Shown: one piece after another, positions 1 through 10,469 of the stretch
Numbering within the stretch: the first letter of the stretch is position 1
How the letters are laid out: each line of letters opens with the position of its first letter
Origin: Escherichia coli O127:H6 str. E2348/69
GTDB taxonomy: Bacteria; Pseudomonadota; Gammaproteobacteria; Enterobacterales; Enterobacteriaceae
NCBI RefSeq assembly: GCF_000026545.1
Contig: NC_011601.1
Strand: one strand, 5' to 3'
Length of the DNA stretch: 64,000 nucleotides
Made by a program: the position numbers and the translations under genes
Notes under the pieces: generated by a model
Databases searched by the model: none
The model's input: only the letters and a program-made list of their open reading frames with translations
What the model was told of the DNA's origin: nothing

Positions 1-167
1 TGTACACCATTCAGGACGGTCGCGCCAAAGGCACGATGTTCAAACTGCACTTCACCGAATATGACAACCACTCCGACATCCCAAGCTGGGGCGGCGGTTA
101 CGGTAACATCTTCCAGGATGAGCGCGACGTGAAATTTATGGTAATCGCACCATTCACCATCTTCTGA
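1..167 (+). CDS. chiP: Chitoporin ChiP (OprD-family outer membrane porin), 3' end only; gene starts upstream of the window
   Basis: Frame open from the window edge to TGA at 165-167; translated tail ...[27 protein letters not shown] ends in aromatic residues typical of an OM beta-barrel; sits immediately upstream of chiQ. Confidence 0.6.
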   Translation, partial: YTIQDGRAKGTMFKLHFTEYDNHSDIPSWGGGYGNIFQDERDVKFMVIAPFTIF

Positions 168-216
168 TGCCCGACGCGGCAGGTTTTGTGCCTGCCGCAC
201 GTTTGAGGAATTTGCT

Positions 217-543
217 ATGAAAAAACTGATTCTCATCGCCATGATGGCATCGGGGCTGGTAGCTTGTGCGCAATCAACCGCACCGCAGGAAGACAGTCGT
301 CTGAAAGAGGCTTACAGCGCCTGTATCAACACCGCGCAAGGTTCGCCGGAAAAAATTGAAGCCTGCCAGAGCGTGTTAAACGTGCTGAAGAAAGAGAAAC
401 AACATCAGCAGTTTGCCGAGCAGGAAAGTGTCCGCGTACTGGATTATCAGCAGTGTATTCAGGCAACGCAAACCGGAAATGATCAGGCGGTGAAAGCCGA
501 TTGTGATAAGGTCTGGCAGGAAATTCGCAGTAATAACAAATAA
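217..543 (+). CDS. chiQ: Lipoprotein ChiQ (YbfN)
   Basis: 108-aa ORF with lipoprotein signal peptide and lipobox (…LVAC AQ); synteny downstream of chiP. Confidence 0.75.
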   Translation: MKKLILIAMMASGLVACAQSTAPQEDSRLKEAYSACINTAQGSPEKIEACQSVLNVLKKEKQHQQFAEQESVRVLDYQQCIQATQTGNDQAVKADCDKVWQEIRSNNK

Positions 544-581
544 GTGAGAGCTGTAACTCTCGCTTTTCTTATTTCCCTTAT

Positions 582-612
582 ATAAAAAAGCCAACCCGTA
601 GGTTGGCTTTTC
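582..612. terminator. Hairpin plus T-run between convergent chiQ and fur; probable intrinsic terminator, strongest in the fur (minus) direction
   Basis: gccaacc-cgtagg-ttggc inverted repeat flanked by A/T runs on both sides. Confidence 0.5.
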
Positions 613-626
613 TCGTTCAGGCTGGC

Positions 627-1073
627 TTATTTGCCTTCGTGCGCGTGCTCATCTTCGCGGCAATCGCCTTCGGCACAGTGACCGTAAAGATAGAGACTGT
701 GGTTAGTCAGGCGAATGCCATGTTTTGCGGCAATTTCACGCTGACGCGCTTCGATGGAATCATCACTAAATTCGATAACCTTACCGCAGTCGAGGCAGAT
801 CAGGTGATCGTGGTGATGTTGCTGTGTCAGTTCAAATACGGATTTACCGCCTTCAAAATTGTGGCGGGTGACGATACCAGCGTCGTCAAACTGGTTCAGT
901 ACGCGATATACCGTAGCCAGACCAATTTCTTCACCCATATCGATCAGACGTTTGTATAAATCTTCCGCACTGACGTGATGGTTGTCCGGCTCCTGAAGAA
1001 CTTCCAGGATTTTCAAGCGAGGAAGCGTTACTTTCAGGCCAGCTTTCTTTAGGGCGGTATTGTTATCAGTCAT
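627..1073 (-). CDS. fur: Ferric uptake regulator Fur
   Basis: 148-aa ORF; translation matches Fur including the HHHDH and CxxC metal-site motifs. Confidence 0.95.
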   Translation of the reverse strand: MTDNNTALKKAGLKVTLPRLKILEVLQEPDNHHVSAEDLYKRLIDMGEEIGLATVYRVLNQFDDAGIVTRHNFEGGKSVFELTQQHHHDHLICLDCGKVIEFSDDSIEARQREIAAKHGIRLTNHSLYLYGHCAEGDCREDEHAHEGK

Positions 1074-1152
1074 GCGGAATCTGTCCTGTTACTAAGCGGT
1101 TCACTTCATTAGAAGAAGTGACAGAATTTGCTCTTGAGATAATGCGTATCAT
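1066..1152 (-). CDS. uof: uof, 28-codon leader ORF translationally coupled to fur
   Basis: In-frame ATG gives 28 codons (MIRIISRANSVTSSNEVNRLVTGQIPHD) whose stop overlaps the fur start; length and position agree with the described uof, but the exact peptide is not recalled independently. Confidence 0.45.
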   Translation of the reverse strand: MIRIISRANSVTSSNEVNRLVTGQIPHD

Positions 1153-1158
1153 TATAGA
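1137..1158. promoter_or_regulatory. Fur-box-like palindrome upstream of fur (autoregulation site)
   Basis: gagataatgcgtatcattata on the plus strand (reverse complement TATAATGATACGCATTATCTC) resembles the GATAATGATAATCATTATC consensus. Confidence 0.5.
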
Positions 1159-1361
1159 ATTGCCACGCCTAAATGAAAACCACAAGTCCCTGGCAAATAT
1201 TGTTAATAAAAACGTGGCACAGCTTACATTTACAACGGCAAGGCCACTTGAACACCGGGACATTGTACAGGTACAACAGCAAAAGTTACAAATTTGTAGC
1301 AATTATTTTGATTGGCATTATCTATTAATACGGCGTAGACATGAGTCTACGCCGCATCACA

Positions 1362-1892
1362 TCAGGCATTGAGAATTTCGTCGAGATGCAGCTCTTCAGA
1401 AATCTGTTTAACCCATTTTTCTACACGTTCAGCGGTCAGTTCCGGCTGACGGTCTTCGTCGATAGCCAGACCGACAAAGTGGTCATCATCAGCCAGACCT
1501 TTTGATGCTTCGAAGTGGTAGCCCGCGGTTGGCCAGTGACCAACGATAGTTGCGCCGCGCGGTTCAATGATGTCGCGGATGGTGCCCAATGCATCGCAGA
1601 AGTATTCTGCGTAATCTTCCTGGTCGCCACAACCAAACAGCGCAACCAGTTTGCCATTAAAATCAATCTCTTCGAGAGTCGGGAAGAAGTCATCCCAGTC
1701 ACACTGCGCTTCGCCGTAATACCAGGTTGGGATGCCCAGCAGCAGAATGTCATATGCTTCCAGATCTTCTTTGCTGCTTTTTGCAATGTCATGGACATCG
1801 GCAACGTCTTTACCAAGCTGTTTTTGAATCATTTTTGCGATATTTTCGGTATTACCGGTGTCGCTGCCGAAAAAGATGCCAGTGATAGCCAT
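1362..1892 (-). CDS. fldA: Flavodoxin 1
   Basis: 176 aa from the conserved start [16 protein letters not shown]… (flavodoxin FMN-binding signature); the supplied 215-aa ORF is an upstream in-frame extension and was trimmed. Confidence 0.93.
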
Positions 1893-2031
1893 GAGTGAAA
1901 TAACCTCTTGAAACTTATTGAAATGGGGGTGGAAAATTGCCCACGGATAAAGGCAATCATAGCAGAACAGGCAGTCTTGCGGAATCAGCAAACGAGCAGG
2001 ACTGCACACTGTGCTACATGAAAGTGGAAAT

Positions 2032-2325
2032 TTAAACGATGCCCTGACTACGCAGCGCCGCCAGTTGCTGCATTAACATCTCTTCGATCAGCTCGCTACG
2101 GCTCATATTGCGCGATTCCGCCAGCTCGTTCAGTGCCTCGACAGCTTCCGCGTTCAGCTTCAGTTCGACACGCTTAAGGCCACGTACTTTGTCGCGTTTT
2201 AGTTGGTTGCGTTTATTTATACGCAGCTGTTCATCGCGCGAAAGCGGATTAGTTTTCGGTCGTCCCGGTCGACGCTCGTGCGCGAACAGATCTAATGTCG
2301 TACGGTCCGTTTGTTCTTTGGCCAT
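2032..2325 (-). CDS. ybfE: Small uncharacterized protein YbfE (LexA-regulon member in K-12)
   Basis: 97 aa from [10 protein letters not shown]…; ORF trimmed to the conserved start; synteny between fldA and ybfF. Confidence 0.7.
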   Translation of the reverse strand: MAKEQTDRTTLDLFAHERRPGRPKTNPLSRDEQLRINKRNQLKRDKVRGLKRVELKLNAEAVEALNELAESRNMSRSELIEEMLMQQLAALRSQGIV

Positions 2326-2464
2326 GATCTTGGTGACTTCGGGGGAAACAATCAGCCAGGCGCCTGCCCGGATGGATAGCGCGCCATAATACATCAGCGC
2401 GATGAGTCACGCCAACGTCCACGCGCGGAAAGCGACGCGGACGCTGGGTTTTTAATCAGTTGCG

Positions 2465-3229
2465 TTAATCATTGAGATAGCGACGGATAGCGCGTAATAC
2501 CGCATCCGGTTTTTCAGCATGGACCCAGTGACCCGCGCCAGCAATCACATGCGCCCGTGCCTGTGGAAATTGTGCCAGTAAATCATCGCGGTACTGCTCG
2601 CTAACATACGGAGAATTGCCGCCTGGGATAAACAGGGCAGGGTGATCCCATGCCGGGATTTTCTCCCAACCCACAATATGCGGATACTGATCCCACAATA
2701 CCGGCACGTTAAAGCGCCACTCCCCGTCAACAAAAGATTTCAGCAGAAACTGAATCACCCCTTCTTCATTAAGATGCTGGTGCATTATTGCTGCTGCTTG
2801 CTGGCGAGTTTGTGCGTCCGATTCACTGACTGCGTTGATGGCCGCGAAAATCTCATCATGCCGGCGAACGTGATAATCGACCGGCGCAATATCAATTGCC
2901 ACCAGCTTGTCAATCCGATCGGGGGCCAGTGCAGTAAGTGCCATTACCGCTTTACCGCCCATGGAGTGACCGATAAATGTTGCTTTGTCGATCTGCAGTG
3001 CATCCAGGGTATCAACAAGATCCTGGGCCATCGCCGGGTAATTCATTACCGGATCTCTCGGTGAAAGACCGTGGTTACGCATATCAACCTGGATGATATT
3101 GTGATCGTTTACCAGATCGCGAGCCAGTACGCCAAGGTTGTCGAGGCTACCAAACAGACCATGGACAAGAACGATGGGAGAATTATTGTGCTGGTTTTGT
3201 GCAGTTTGCGCGCGGATATTCAATTTCAT
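2465..3229 (-). CDS. ybfF: Alpha/beta-hydrolase esterase YbfF
   Basis: 254-aa ORF with GHSMGG nucleophile-elbow motif; synteny next to seqA. Confidence 0.9.
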   Translation of the reverse strand: MKLNIRAQTAQNQHNNSPIVLVHGLFGSLDNLGVLARDLVNDHNIIQVDMRNHGLSPRDPVMNYPAMAQDLVDTLDALQIDKATFIGHSMGGKAVMALTALAPDRIDKLVAIDIAPVDYHVRRHDEIFAAINAVSESDAQTRQQAAAIMHQHLNEEGVIQFLLKSFVDGEWRFNVPVLWDQYPHIVGWEKIPAWDHPALFIPGGNSPYVSEQYRDDLLAQFPQARAHVIAGAGHWVHAEKPDAVLRAIRRYLND

Positions 3230-3413
3230 GGCAAAGTTCTTTTTTTCGCGTTGTCGGGTTAGGGTATTATGTTGACCATTGTGCCACAGGGCTGCAACAA
3301 ATAAGGTTTATTCCGAGTTTTTCTGCAAGCCAGGCTTGACGCTATCCGCTGCCGGGATTTATTCATATACTCCTGGCGACTTGTATTCAGCTAAGACACT
3401 GCACTGGATTAAG

Positions 3414-3959
3414 ATGAAAACGATTGAAGTTGATGATGAACTCTACAGCTATATTGCCAGCCACACTAAGCATATCGGCGAGAGCGCATCCGACATTTTA
3501 CGGCGTATGTTGAAATTTTCCGCCGCATCACAGCCTGCTGCTCCGGTGACGAAAGAGGTTCGCGTTGCGTCACCTGCTATCGTCGAAGCGAAGCCGGTCA
3601 AAACGATTAAAGACAAGGTTCGCGCAATGCGTGAACTTCTGCTTTCGGATGAATACGCAGAGCAAAAGCGAGCGGTCAATCGCTTTATGCTGCTGTTGTC
3701 TACACTATATTCTCTTGACGCCCAGGCGTTTGCCGAAGCAACGGAATCGTTGCACGGTCGTACACGCGTTTACTTTGCGGCAGATGAACAAACGCTGCTG
3801 AAAAATGGTAATCAGACCAAGCCGAAACATGTGCCTGGTACGCCGTATTGGGTGATCACCAACACCAACACCGGCCGTAAATGCAGCATGATCGAACACA
3901 TCATGCAGTCGATGCAATTCCCGGCGGAATTGATTGAGAAGGTTTGCGGAACTATCTAA
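3414..3959 (+). CDS. seqA: Replication initiation negative regulator SeqA
   Basis: 181 aa from [17 protein letters not shown]…; the longer supplied ORF was trimmed to the conserved start. Confidence 0.93.
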
Positions 3960-3984
3960 AACGTTGCAGACAAAGGACAAAGCA

Positions 3985-5625
3985 ATGGCAATCCACAATC
4001 GTGCAGGCCAACCTGCACAACAGAGTGATTTGATTAACGTCGCCCAACTGACGGCGCAATATTATGTACTGAAACCAGAAGCAGGGAATGCGGAGCACGC
4101 GGTGAAATTCGGTACTTCCGGTCACCGTGGCAGTGCAGCGCGCCACAGCTTTAACGAGCCGCACATTCTGGCGATCGCTCAGGCAATTGCTGAAGAACGT
4201 GCGAAAAACGGCATCACTGGCCCTTGCTATGTGGGTAAAGATACTCACGCCCTGTCCGAGCCTGCGTTCATTTCCGTACTGGAAGTGCTGGCAGCGAACG
4301 GTGTTGATGTCATTGTGCAGGAAAACAATGGCTTCACTCCGACACCTGCCATTTCCAATGCCATTCTGGTTCACAATAAAAAAGGTGGCCCGCTGGCAGA
4401 CGGTATCGTGATTACACCGTCTCATAACCCGCCGGAAGATGGTGGTATCAAGTACAATCCGCCAAATGGTGGCCCGGCTGATACCAACGTCACTAAAGTG
4501 GTGGAAGACAAGGCCAACGCACTGATGGCTGATGGCCTGAAAGGCGTGAAGCGTATCTCCCTCGACGAAGCGATGGCATCCGGTCATGTGAAAGAGCAGG
4601 ATCTGGTGCAGCCGTTCGTGGAAGGGCTGGCCGATATCGTTGATATGGCAGCGATTCAGAAAGCGGGCCTGACGCTGGGTGTCGATCCGCTGGGCGGTTC
4701 TGGTATCGAATACTGGAAGCGTATTGGCGAGTATTACAACCTCAACCTGACCATCGTTAACGATCAGGTCGATCAAACCTTCCGCTTTATGCACCTAGAT
4801 AAAGACGGTGCGATCCGTATGGACTGCTCCTCCGAGTGTGCGATGGCGGGCCTGCTGGCACTGCGTGATAAGTTCGATCTGGCGTTTGCTAACGACCCGG
4901 ATTATGACCGTCACGGTATCGTCACTCCGGCAGGTTTGATGAATCCGAACCACTACCTGGCGGTGGCGATCAACTACCTGTTCCAGCATCGTCCGCAGTG
5001 GGGCAAAGATGTTGCTGTCGGTAAAACGCTGGTTTCATCTGCGATGATCGACCGTGTGGTCAATGATTTGGGCCGTAAGCTGGTAGAAGTACCGGTAGGT
5101 TTCAAATGGTTTGTTGATGGTTTGTTCGATGGCAGCTTCGGCTTTGGCGGCGAAGAGAGTGCAGGCGCTTCCTTCCTGCGTTTCGACGGCACGCCGTGGT
5201 CCACCGATAAAGACGGCATCATTATGTGTCTGCTGGCGGCGGAAATCACCGCTGTCACCGGTAAGAACCCGCAGGAACACTATAACGAACTGGCAAAACG
5301 CTTTGGTGCGCCGAGCTATAACCGTTTGCAGGCAGCAGCGACTTCCGCACAAAAAGCGGCGTTGTCTAAGCTGTCTCCGGAAATGGTGAGCGCCAGCACC
5401 CTGGCAGGTGACCCGATCACCGCGCGTCTGACGGTGGCACCGGGTAATGGCGCTTCTATCGGCGGTCTGAAAGTGATGACTGACAACGGCTGGTTCGCCG
5501 CGCGTCCGTCAGGCACGGAAGACGCATATAAGATCTACTGCGAAAGCTTCCTTGGTGAAGAACATCGCAAGCAGATTGAGAAAGAAGCGGTTGAGATTGT
5601 TAGCGAAGTTCTGAAAAACGCGTAA
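3985..5625 (+). CDS. pgm: Phosphoglucomutase
   Basis: 546 aa from [11 protein letters not shown]…; contains the TPSHNP phosphoserine loop; seqA-pgm operon arrangement. Confidence 0.95.
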   Translation: MAIHNRAGQPAQQSDLINVAQLTAQYYVLKPEAGNAEHAVKFGTSGHRGSAARHSFNEPHILAIAQAIAEERAKNGITGPCYVGKDTHALSEPAFISVLEVLAANGVDVIVQENNGFTPTPAISNAILVHNKKGGPLADGIVITPSHNPPEDGGIKYNPPNGGPADTNVTKVVEDKANALMADGLKGVKRISLDEAMASGHVKEQDLVQPFVEGLADIVDMAAIQKAGLTLGVDPLGGSGIEYWKRIGEYYNLNLTIVNDQVDQTFRFMHLDKDGAIRMDCSSECAMAGLLALRDKFDLAFANDPDYDRHGIVTPAGLMNPNHYLAVAINYLFQHRPQWGKDVAVGKTLVSSAMIDRVVNDLGRKLVEVPVGFKWFVDGLFDGSFGFGGEESAGASFLRFDGTPWSTDKDGIIMCLLAAEITAVTGKNPQEHYNELAKRFGAPSYNRLQAAATSAQKAALSKLSPEMVSASTLAGDPITARLTVAPGNGASIGGLKVMTDNGWFAARPSGTEDAYKIYCESFLGEEHRKQIEKEAVEIVSEVLKNA

Positions 5626-5640
5626 ACATATCAAATAAGA

Positions 5641-5672
5641 AAAAGGGCGGTCGGAAGATCGCCCTTTTTTGC
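5641..5672. terminator. Intrinsic terminator between convergent pgm and potE
   Basis: gggcggtcggaagatcgccc hairpin followed by TTTTTT. Confidence 0.7.
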
Positions 5673-5681
5673 TTTGCTTAA

Positions 5682-7001
5682 TTAACCGTGTTTATTTTTC
5701 AGTTCAAAGCGTGGTGAGACCAGACCATACAGTGTCCAACCGAGGAAGGTCACGATGGAACCGTATAGCATGGCTTCTTCCCCGGATGAGTACAGCGCAT
5801 AAAAGCTGTACATCGCGCCAACAAAAGCAACAAAGTTTGCAACTTTCGCTTTTGAGGGGGGCACATTAGCGACCTTCTGAATAATGACTAATGCCGCCAT
5901 TGACAGAATATACGGAATGATATTGGTCACCACGGCCAGGTTAACCAGCACGTTGAACTGACTGTTTAGCGACGGGCTAATCGTCATCAGCGCCAACCCG
6001 CTCTGGATAATCACAATGGTCAACATTCCCTGCACCGGTGCATCCACTTTGGTTACACGGGAGAAAATTTTAGGGAAGTAGCCTTCATCAGATGAAGATT
6101 TAAACACCTGGGCAATGGTGAACTGCCAGCCAAGCAGCGAACCGCAGCAGGACATCACCATCAGCGCCATAATGACTTTACCCACTTCCGGCGTGAACAT
6201 CTGCGCGAAGGCCAGACCAAATGGTGCCGTTGAATTTGCCAGCTCCATATTTGGCACAATCCCGGCAATCACGTTGGTGGAGACGATATAAATCACCGCC
6301 GCACCTAACGTACCGCCGAGTACCGCGATTGGCACATTACGTTCCGGGTTTTCCACTACATCAGTATTCGCACACGCAGACTCCAGACCAAGAAAAGCCC
6401 ACAGCGTCATAGCGATGGAAGAACCTACCGCACTGAAGAAGGGTGCATGATGCGGATTCCAGGAATCAACGTAAAGCGTCGGGCTAAACCAGAACCAGCC
6501 GATAATGCACAGGCCTACCACCGGAATAATGACCCCCCACACGGTAATGCTACTGATTTGCCCGGTAATGCGCGCACCACCAAAGTTAGCCACGGTACAA
6601 ATCCACAGCACCCCGATGGTCGCAAGACCAATCTGCACTGGCGACAAACTCGCGCCGAGCAGTTCGGTGCCGTAACCAACCGCCGAAATAGCAATCGCGA
6701 CGTTAGCAATCAGCAGCGAGACGCCGTAGGTATAGTTCGCCATAAAGTTACCGGATTTACCGAAAGCATACTCGGCATAACCGCCCATACCTCCTGATTT
6801 ACGGCTGAACATACCGCATTTTGCGAATGCCCATGCCAGTGCCATTGAGCCTACGGCTGTCACCAACCAGGAGATTATTGAGATTGTCCCAACTTCGGCA
6901 AGCTTTGTCGGCAGCATGATGATGCCGGAGCCCATCATGTTGACCATCGTCAGTATGGTTAACTGAACGACGCCCATCTTGTTCGATTTAGCCTGACTCA
7001 T
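5682..7001 (-). CDS. potE: Putrescine-ornithine antiporter
   Basis: 439-aa polytopic APC-family transporter; speF-potE operon synteny. Confidence 0.93.
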   Translation of the reverse strand: MSQAKSNKMGVVQLTILTMVNMMGSGIIMLPTKLAEVGTISIISWLVTAVGSMALAWAFAKCGMFSRKSGGMGGYAEYAFGKSGNFMANYTYGVSLLIANVAIAISAVGYGTELLGASLSPVQIGLATIGVLWICTVANFGGARITGQISSITVWGVIIPVVGLCIIGWFWFSPTLYVDSWNPHHAPFFSAVGSSIAMTLWAFLGLESACANTDVVENPERNVPIAVLGGTLGAAVIYIVSTNVIAGIVPNMELANSTAPFGLAFAQMFTPEVGKVIMALMVMSCCGSLLGWQFTIAQVFKSSSDEGYFPKIFSRVTKVDAPVQGMLTIVIIQSGLALMTISPSLNSQFNVLVNLAVVTNIIPYILSMAALVIIQKVANVPPSKAKVANFVAFVGAMYSFYALYSSGEEAMLYGSIVTFLGWTLYGLVSPRFELKNKHG

Positions 7002-9196
7002 AATTTTTCCCCTTTCAGCAGGGTGCTTTGCGCATCACGAGGCTTGATGACATAGCACCAAACTTGCTTACGACCATCATGTTCTTCGATATAGACACCC
7101 TGCAGCTCCGGTGCAAAACCTGGCAGCAGGTTGATGCCTTCTTCCAGAGCGCTGAAGTAACGCAGAACAGCACCACCCCAGATTTCACCAGGAACAACAC
7201 ACAGCACACCCGGAGGATAAGGAAGCGCACCTTCGGCAGCGATACGGCCTTCTGCATCCGGCAGACGAACCAGCTCCACTTCACCGCGTAAGTAGGCGTA
7301 GTTGGCTTCTTGCGGATTCATGCTGACGCGTGGGAAGTGTTCCTTACGGAACATCTCTTTTTGCAGTTGTTTCACGTTGTGGCGGGCATACAAATCATGC
7401 ATTTCCTGGCACAACTGACGAAGGGTATAACCGGCGTAGCGCTCTTCATGCTGTTTGTAGATGGAAGGCAGTACTTCTGATAATGGCGCGTCGGACTCAA
7501 GCAGTTTTTCGAAGCGTACCAGCAGAGCAGCAAGTTGCTGAAGTTTGGCCATATCTTCTGCCGGAGTCAGCAGAAAGAGGATGGAGTTAAGATCGCATTT
7601 TTCCGGCACTACGCCATTTTCGCGCAGGAAGTTAGTAAGAATCGTCGCGGGTACACCGAACGCTTCATATTCGCCGTTACGTGCATCAATACCTGGGGTT
7701 GTCAGCAACAGTTTGCACGGATCGACAAAGTATTGATTCTCTGCATAGCCTTCAAAAGAATGCCAGTGCTCACCTGGTACAAACTGGAAGAAGCGCAGAT
7801 CAACCGCAATTTGCGCTGTTTCATACGACTGCCAGGGTTTACCATCCACCAGTTCAGGTACGAATGGACGAATATGCTGACAGTTATCGAGGATCAGTTT
7901 GCGGGCATTAATGCCATTTACCACACAATCCATCCACATATTACGACCGCTGACACCTTCATGCATTTTGGCGTTGATATCCAGTGCGGCAAACAGCGGA
8001 TAGAACGGGCTGGTGGAGGCATGCATCATAAAGGCGTTGTTCATGCGTTTGTGCGATACATAACGCTGTTGCCCTTTGATATGGCTGTCTTTTTTATGGA
8101 TTTGTGAAGTCTGGGAAAAACCAGCCTGCTGTTTATGCACAGATTGCGTAACCAGAATACCCGGATCGTTCTCATTAAGATCCAGCAACAGTGGTGAACA
8201 GTCCGCCATCATCGGGATAAACTGCTCATAGCCGACCCATGCGGAGTCAAAGAGGATGTAGTCACACAGATGACCAATTTTATCCACCACCTGACGGGCG
8301 TTATAAATCGTACCGTCGTAAGTGCCTAGCTGAATAACGGCGAGGCGGAAAGGACGCGCCTCTTTTGCCCGCTGCGGTGCGACTTCCGCGATCAGTTCAC
8401 GCAGGTAACTTTCTTCAAAACAGTGAGCGTCAATACCACCGATAAAACCATACGGGTTACGTGCGGTTTCCAGATAAACCGGTGTCGCGCCAGCCTGTAG
8501 CAACGCTCCGTGGTGGTTAGATTTGTGGTTATTGCGGTCAAACAGCACCAGATCACCCGGTGTCAGCAGGGCGTTTAAAACCACTTTGTTAGAAGATGAA
8601 GTGCCATTTAGAACGAAGTATGTTTTATCGGCATTAAACACTTTTGCCGCATGTTGCTGTGCAATGCATGGCGCGCCTTCGTGAATCAGCAGATCGCCCA
8701 TTGCCACATCCGCGTTGCACAAGTCAGCACGGAACAGCGCCTCACCAAAGTATTCCACAAACTGATTCCCCGCCGGATGGCGACGGAAAAATTCGCCGCC
8801 CTGATGACCGGGGCAATCAAACGCGCTGTTACCCTGATTGACATAATCGACCAGTGCGCGGAAGAAGGGCGGGCGCAGTTGAGTTTCATAATGGCTGGCT
8901 GCGGTTTCTAACTGACGACCATAAAATTCTCGTCGCGATTCGCAATTCTCAAAGACACCCGAAATACGGGGCAAATACTCTGCGGGTACACGTTCTTGAT
9001 TTTCAGTAGCAATAAATACCGGGATGCCATAACCCGTGGCATCGATTTCATCGAGTTTTCCGCGTGTAACATCGTTGAGCGATAAAACTATTGCCGCCAC
9101 ATCGATATTACTGTTTTCATTAATATCGATACATTTTCGCTGCGTGGTAAAACAGTCCGGGCAAGAATCACTAACCGCAATTTTTAATTTTGACAT
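6998..9196 (-). CDS. speF: Inducible ornithine decarboxylase
   Basis: 732 aa from MSKLKIAVSDSCPDCF…; fold-III PLP decarboxylase; the supplied ORF has an N-terminal extension that was trimmed. Confidence 0.93.
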   Translation of the reverse strand: MSKLKIAVSDSCPDCFTTQRKCIDINENSNIDVAAIVLSLNDVTRGKLDEIDATGYGIPVFIATENQERVPAEYLPRISGVFENCESRREFYGRQLETAASHYETQLRPPFFRALVDYVNQGNSAFDCPGHQGGEFFRRHPAGNQFVEYFGEALFRADLCNADVAMGDLLIHEGAPCIAQQHAAKVFNADKTYFVLNGTSSSNKVVLNALLTPGDLVLFDRNNHKSNHHGALLQAGATPVYLETARNPYGFIGGIDAHCFEESYLRELIAEVAPQRAKEARPFRLAVIQLGTYDGTIYNARQVVDKIGHLCDYILFDSAWVGYEQFIPMMADCSPLLLDLNENDPGILVTQSVHKQQAGFSQTSQIHKKDSHIKGQQRYVSHKRMNNAFMMHASTSPFYPLFAALDINAKMHEGVSGRNMWMDCVVNGINARKLILDNCQHIRPFVPELVDGKPWQSYETAQIAVDLRFFQFVPGEHWHSFEGYAENQYFVDPCKLLLTTPGIDARNGEYEAFGVPATILTNFLRENGVVPEKCDLNSILFLLTPAEDMAKLQQLAALLVRFEKLLESDAPLSEVLPSIYKQHEERYAGYTLRQLCQEMHDLYARHNVKQLQKEMFRKEHFPRVSMNPQEANYAYLRGEVELVRLPDAEGRIAAEGALPYPPGVLCVVPGEIWGGAVLRYFSALEEGINLLPGFAPELQGVYIEEHDGRKQVWCYVIKPRDAQSTLLKGEKL

Positions 9197-9318
9197 TTTC
9201 CAACTCTTTATTTTTGGTAATAGCAGGTCCTCAATTTCTCGAATGAGAAATTGATCGTGCCGGAAAAAAAGCAAAGTTGCCCCGCTGATAAATTAATCAG
9301 AAGTTTGCTTTTTTCAGA

Positions 9319-9576
9319 ATGCAGAAACCCTTATCAGTCTGGTGGCTGATAATACAAGGGTTAACAGAGAATGAGCACTGCGGAATACAGGCATATGCCT
9401 GTAATACAGAGAGTCAGGAAGACCTGTACGCTGAAGTGCCCTTAGTCGGTAGACTAACGGGCATTGAAGAAGTGAAAGTCGAAGCTATTGCGATGAGCAA
9501 ACTTCATAATATGAGTTGTCCGCCTTATATGGGGCATAGTGCGGCTGTTATTTTCCATTTAATTTACCTTTCCTGA
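9319..9576 (+). CDS. Hypothetical 85-aa ORF (possibly the one annotated ybfK in K-12), antisense to speFL
   Basis: ORF-track only; no recognisable motif; overlaps speFL on the opposite strand, so it may be non-coding. Confidence 0.2.
   Translation: MQKPLSVWWLIIQGLTENEHCGIQAYACNTESQEDLYAEVPLVGRLTGIEEVKVEAIAMSKLHNMSCPPYMGHSAAVIFHLIYLS
9454..9558 (-). CDS. speFL: speFL ornithine-sensing leader peptide (34 aa) controlling the speF-potE operon
   Basis: Minus-strand ORF ATGGAAAATAACAGCCGCACTATGCCCCATATAAGGCGG… encodes MENNSRTMPHIRRTTHIMKFAHRNSFDFHFFNAR, upstream of speF. Confidence 0.8.
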   Translation of the reverse strand: MENNSRTMPHIRRTTHIMKFAHRNSFDFHFFNAR

Positions 9577-9791
9577 TGTGAATGAAGGTGAAGGTATTCT
9601 ATCCAGGAAATACGGTTGAACTGTGAAGGTGATCAATAAAAAATGATCAATCTTAATTTATTTAATGATGAGCTTTTTACTCAGTAATATAAAATATTGA
9701 ATTGTTATTTTTGTGTGTTATTTAAGATAAAAAGCCGTATTTATTATTACGGCTTTAATTAATAAAAGGCAGGATGTATTAAAATTAATAT

Positions 9792-10469
9792 TCAAAGCAT
9801 AAACCGATACCCAATACCGGTTTCAGTAATGAAATGGCGGGGGCGGGCGGGATCTTGCTCCAGTTTTTGTCGCAGATGCCCCATATAAATACGCAAATAA
9901 TGACTGTGTTCGACCGCGTTTGGTCCCCACACCTGGTTGAGGAGCTGGCGCTGGGTGAGCACTTTTCCCGCATTATTAAGCAACACTGCCAGCAGGCGGA
10001 ACTCAATCGGGGTGAGATGCACCTCTTCCTCGCCCCGATGGATCACACGAGCTGCTAAATCGACGGTAACATCGGAAAATTTCACCAGCGGATCGGGCGC
10101 GGCGGTGGCGGAGTGGCGACGTAAAGCGACGCGCAGACGGGCCTGCAATTCGCCAATGCCAAACGGCTTACTCAGATAATCATCCGCTCCGGCATCCAGC
10201 GCGGCGATTTTGTCGCTCTCTTCGCTACGTGCGGAAAGCACAATCACCGGCACCGCGCTCCACTGGCGCAGGTCGCGGATAAACTCAATCCCATCACCAT
10301 CGGGCAGGCCGAGATCGAGAATAATCAAATCTGGCTTACGGGTAGCCGCTTCCAGCAAGCCGCGTTGCAGCGTTTCGGCCTCAAAGACGCGCATCCCATC
10401 GCCCTCCAGCGCCGTGCGCAGAAAGCGACGAATAGCCTGTTCATCTTCAACAATCAGAACGTTTGTCAC
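9792..10469 (-). CDS. kdpE: Response regulator KdpE (OmpR family)
   Basis: 225-aa ORF with receiver domain and winged-helix domain; overlaps the kdpD stop. Confidence 0.95.
   Translation of the reverse strand: MTNVLIVEDEQAIRRFLRTALEGDGMRVFEAETLQRGLLEAATRKPDLIILDLGLPDGDGIEFIRDLRQWSAVPVIVLSARSEESDKIAALDAGADDYLSKPFGIGELQARLRVALRRHSATAAPDPLVKFSDVTVDLAARVIHRGEEEVHLTPIEFRLLAVLLNNAGKVLTQRQLLNQVWGPNAVEHSHYLRIYMGHLRQKLEQDPARPRHFITETGIGYRFML

Noticed and set aside
1118-1372. 84-aa plus-strand ORF covering the fur/uof promoter region
   Set aside because: It overlaps the Fur operator, the uof leader and the fldA terminator on the opposite strand, with no ribosome-binding site or homology support; treated as a spurious ORF.
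1362-2009. Longer ORF-track versions of fldA (215 aa), ybfE, seqA, pgm, speF, kdpD, kdpC, kdpA, abrB, sdhC, sdhA, cydA, tolB, pal and gpmA with N-terminal extensions
   Set aside because: The extensions are upstream in-frame read-through to the first ATG after a stop; starts were moved to the conserved N-termini of the known proteins.
2326-2464. Searched for a LexA box (CTGT-N8-ACAG) upstream of ybfE
   Set aside because: No convincing match found in this interval by eye, so no site is annotated.
9577-9791. Very AT-rich 215-bp segment between speFL and kdpE, considered as a possible small RNA or mobile-element scar
   Set aside because: No inverted or direct repeats, ORF or terminator structure stand out; consistent with an ordinary AT-rich promoter or 3' region.
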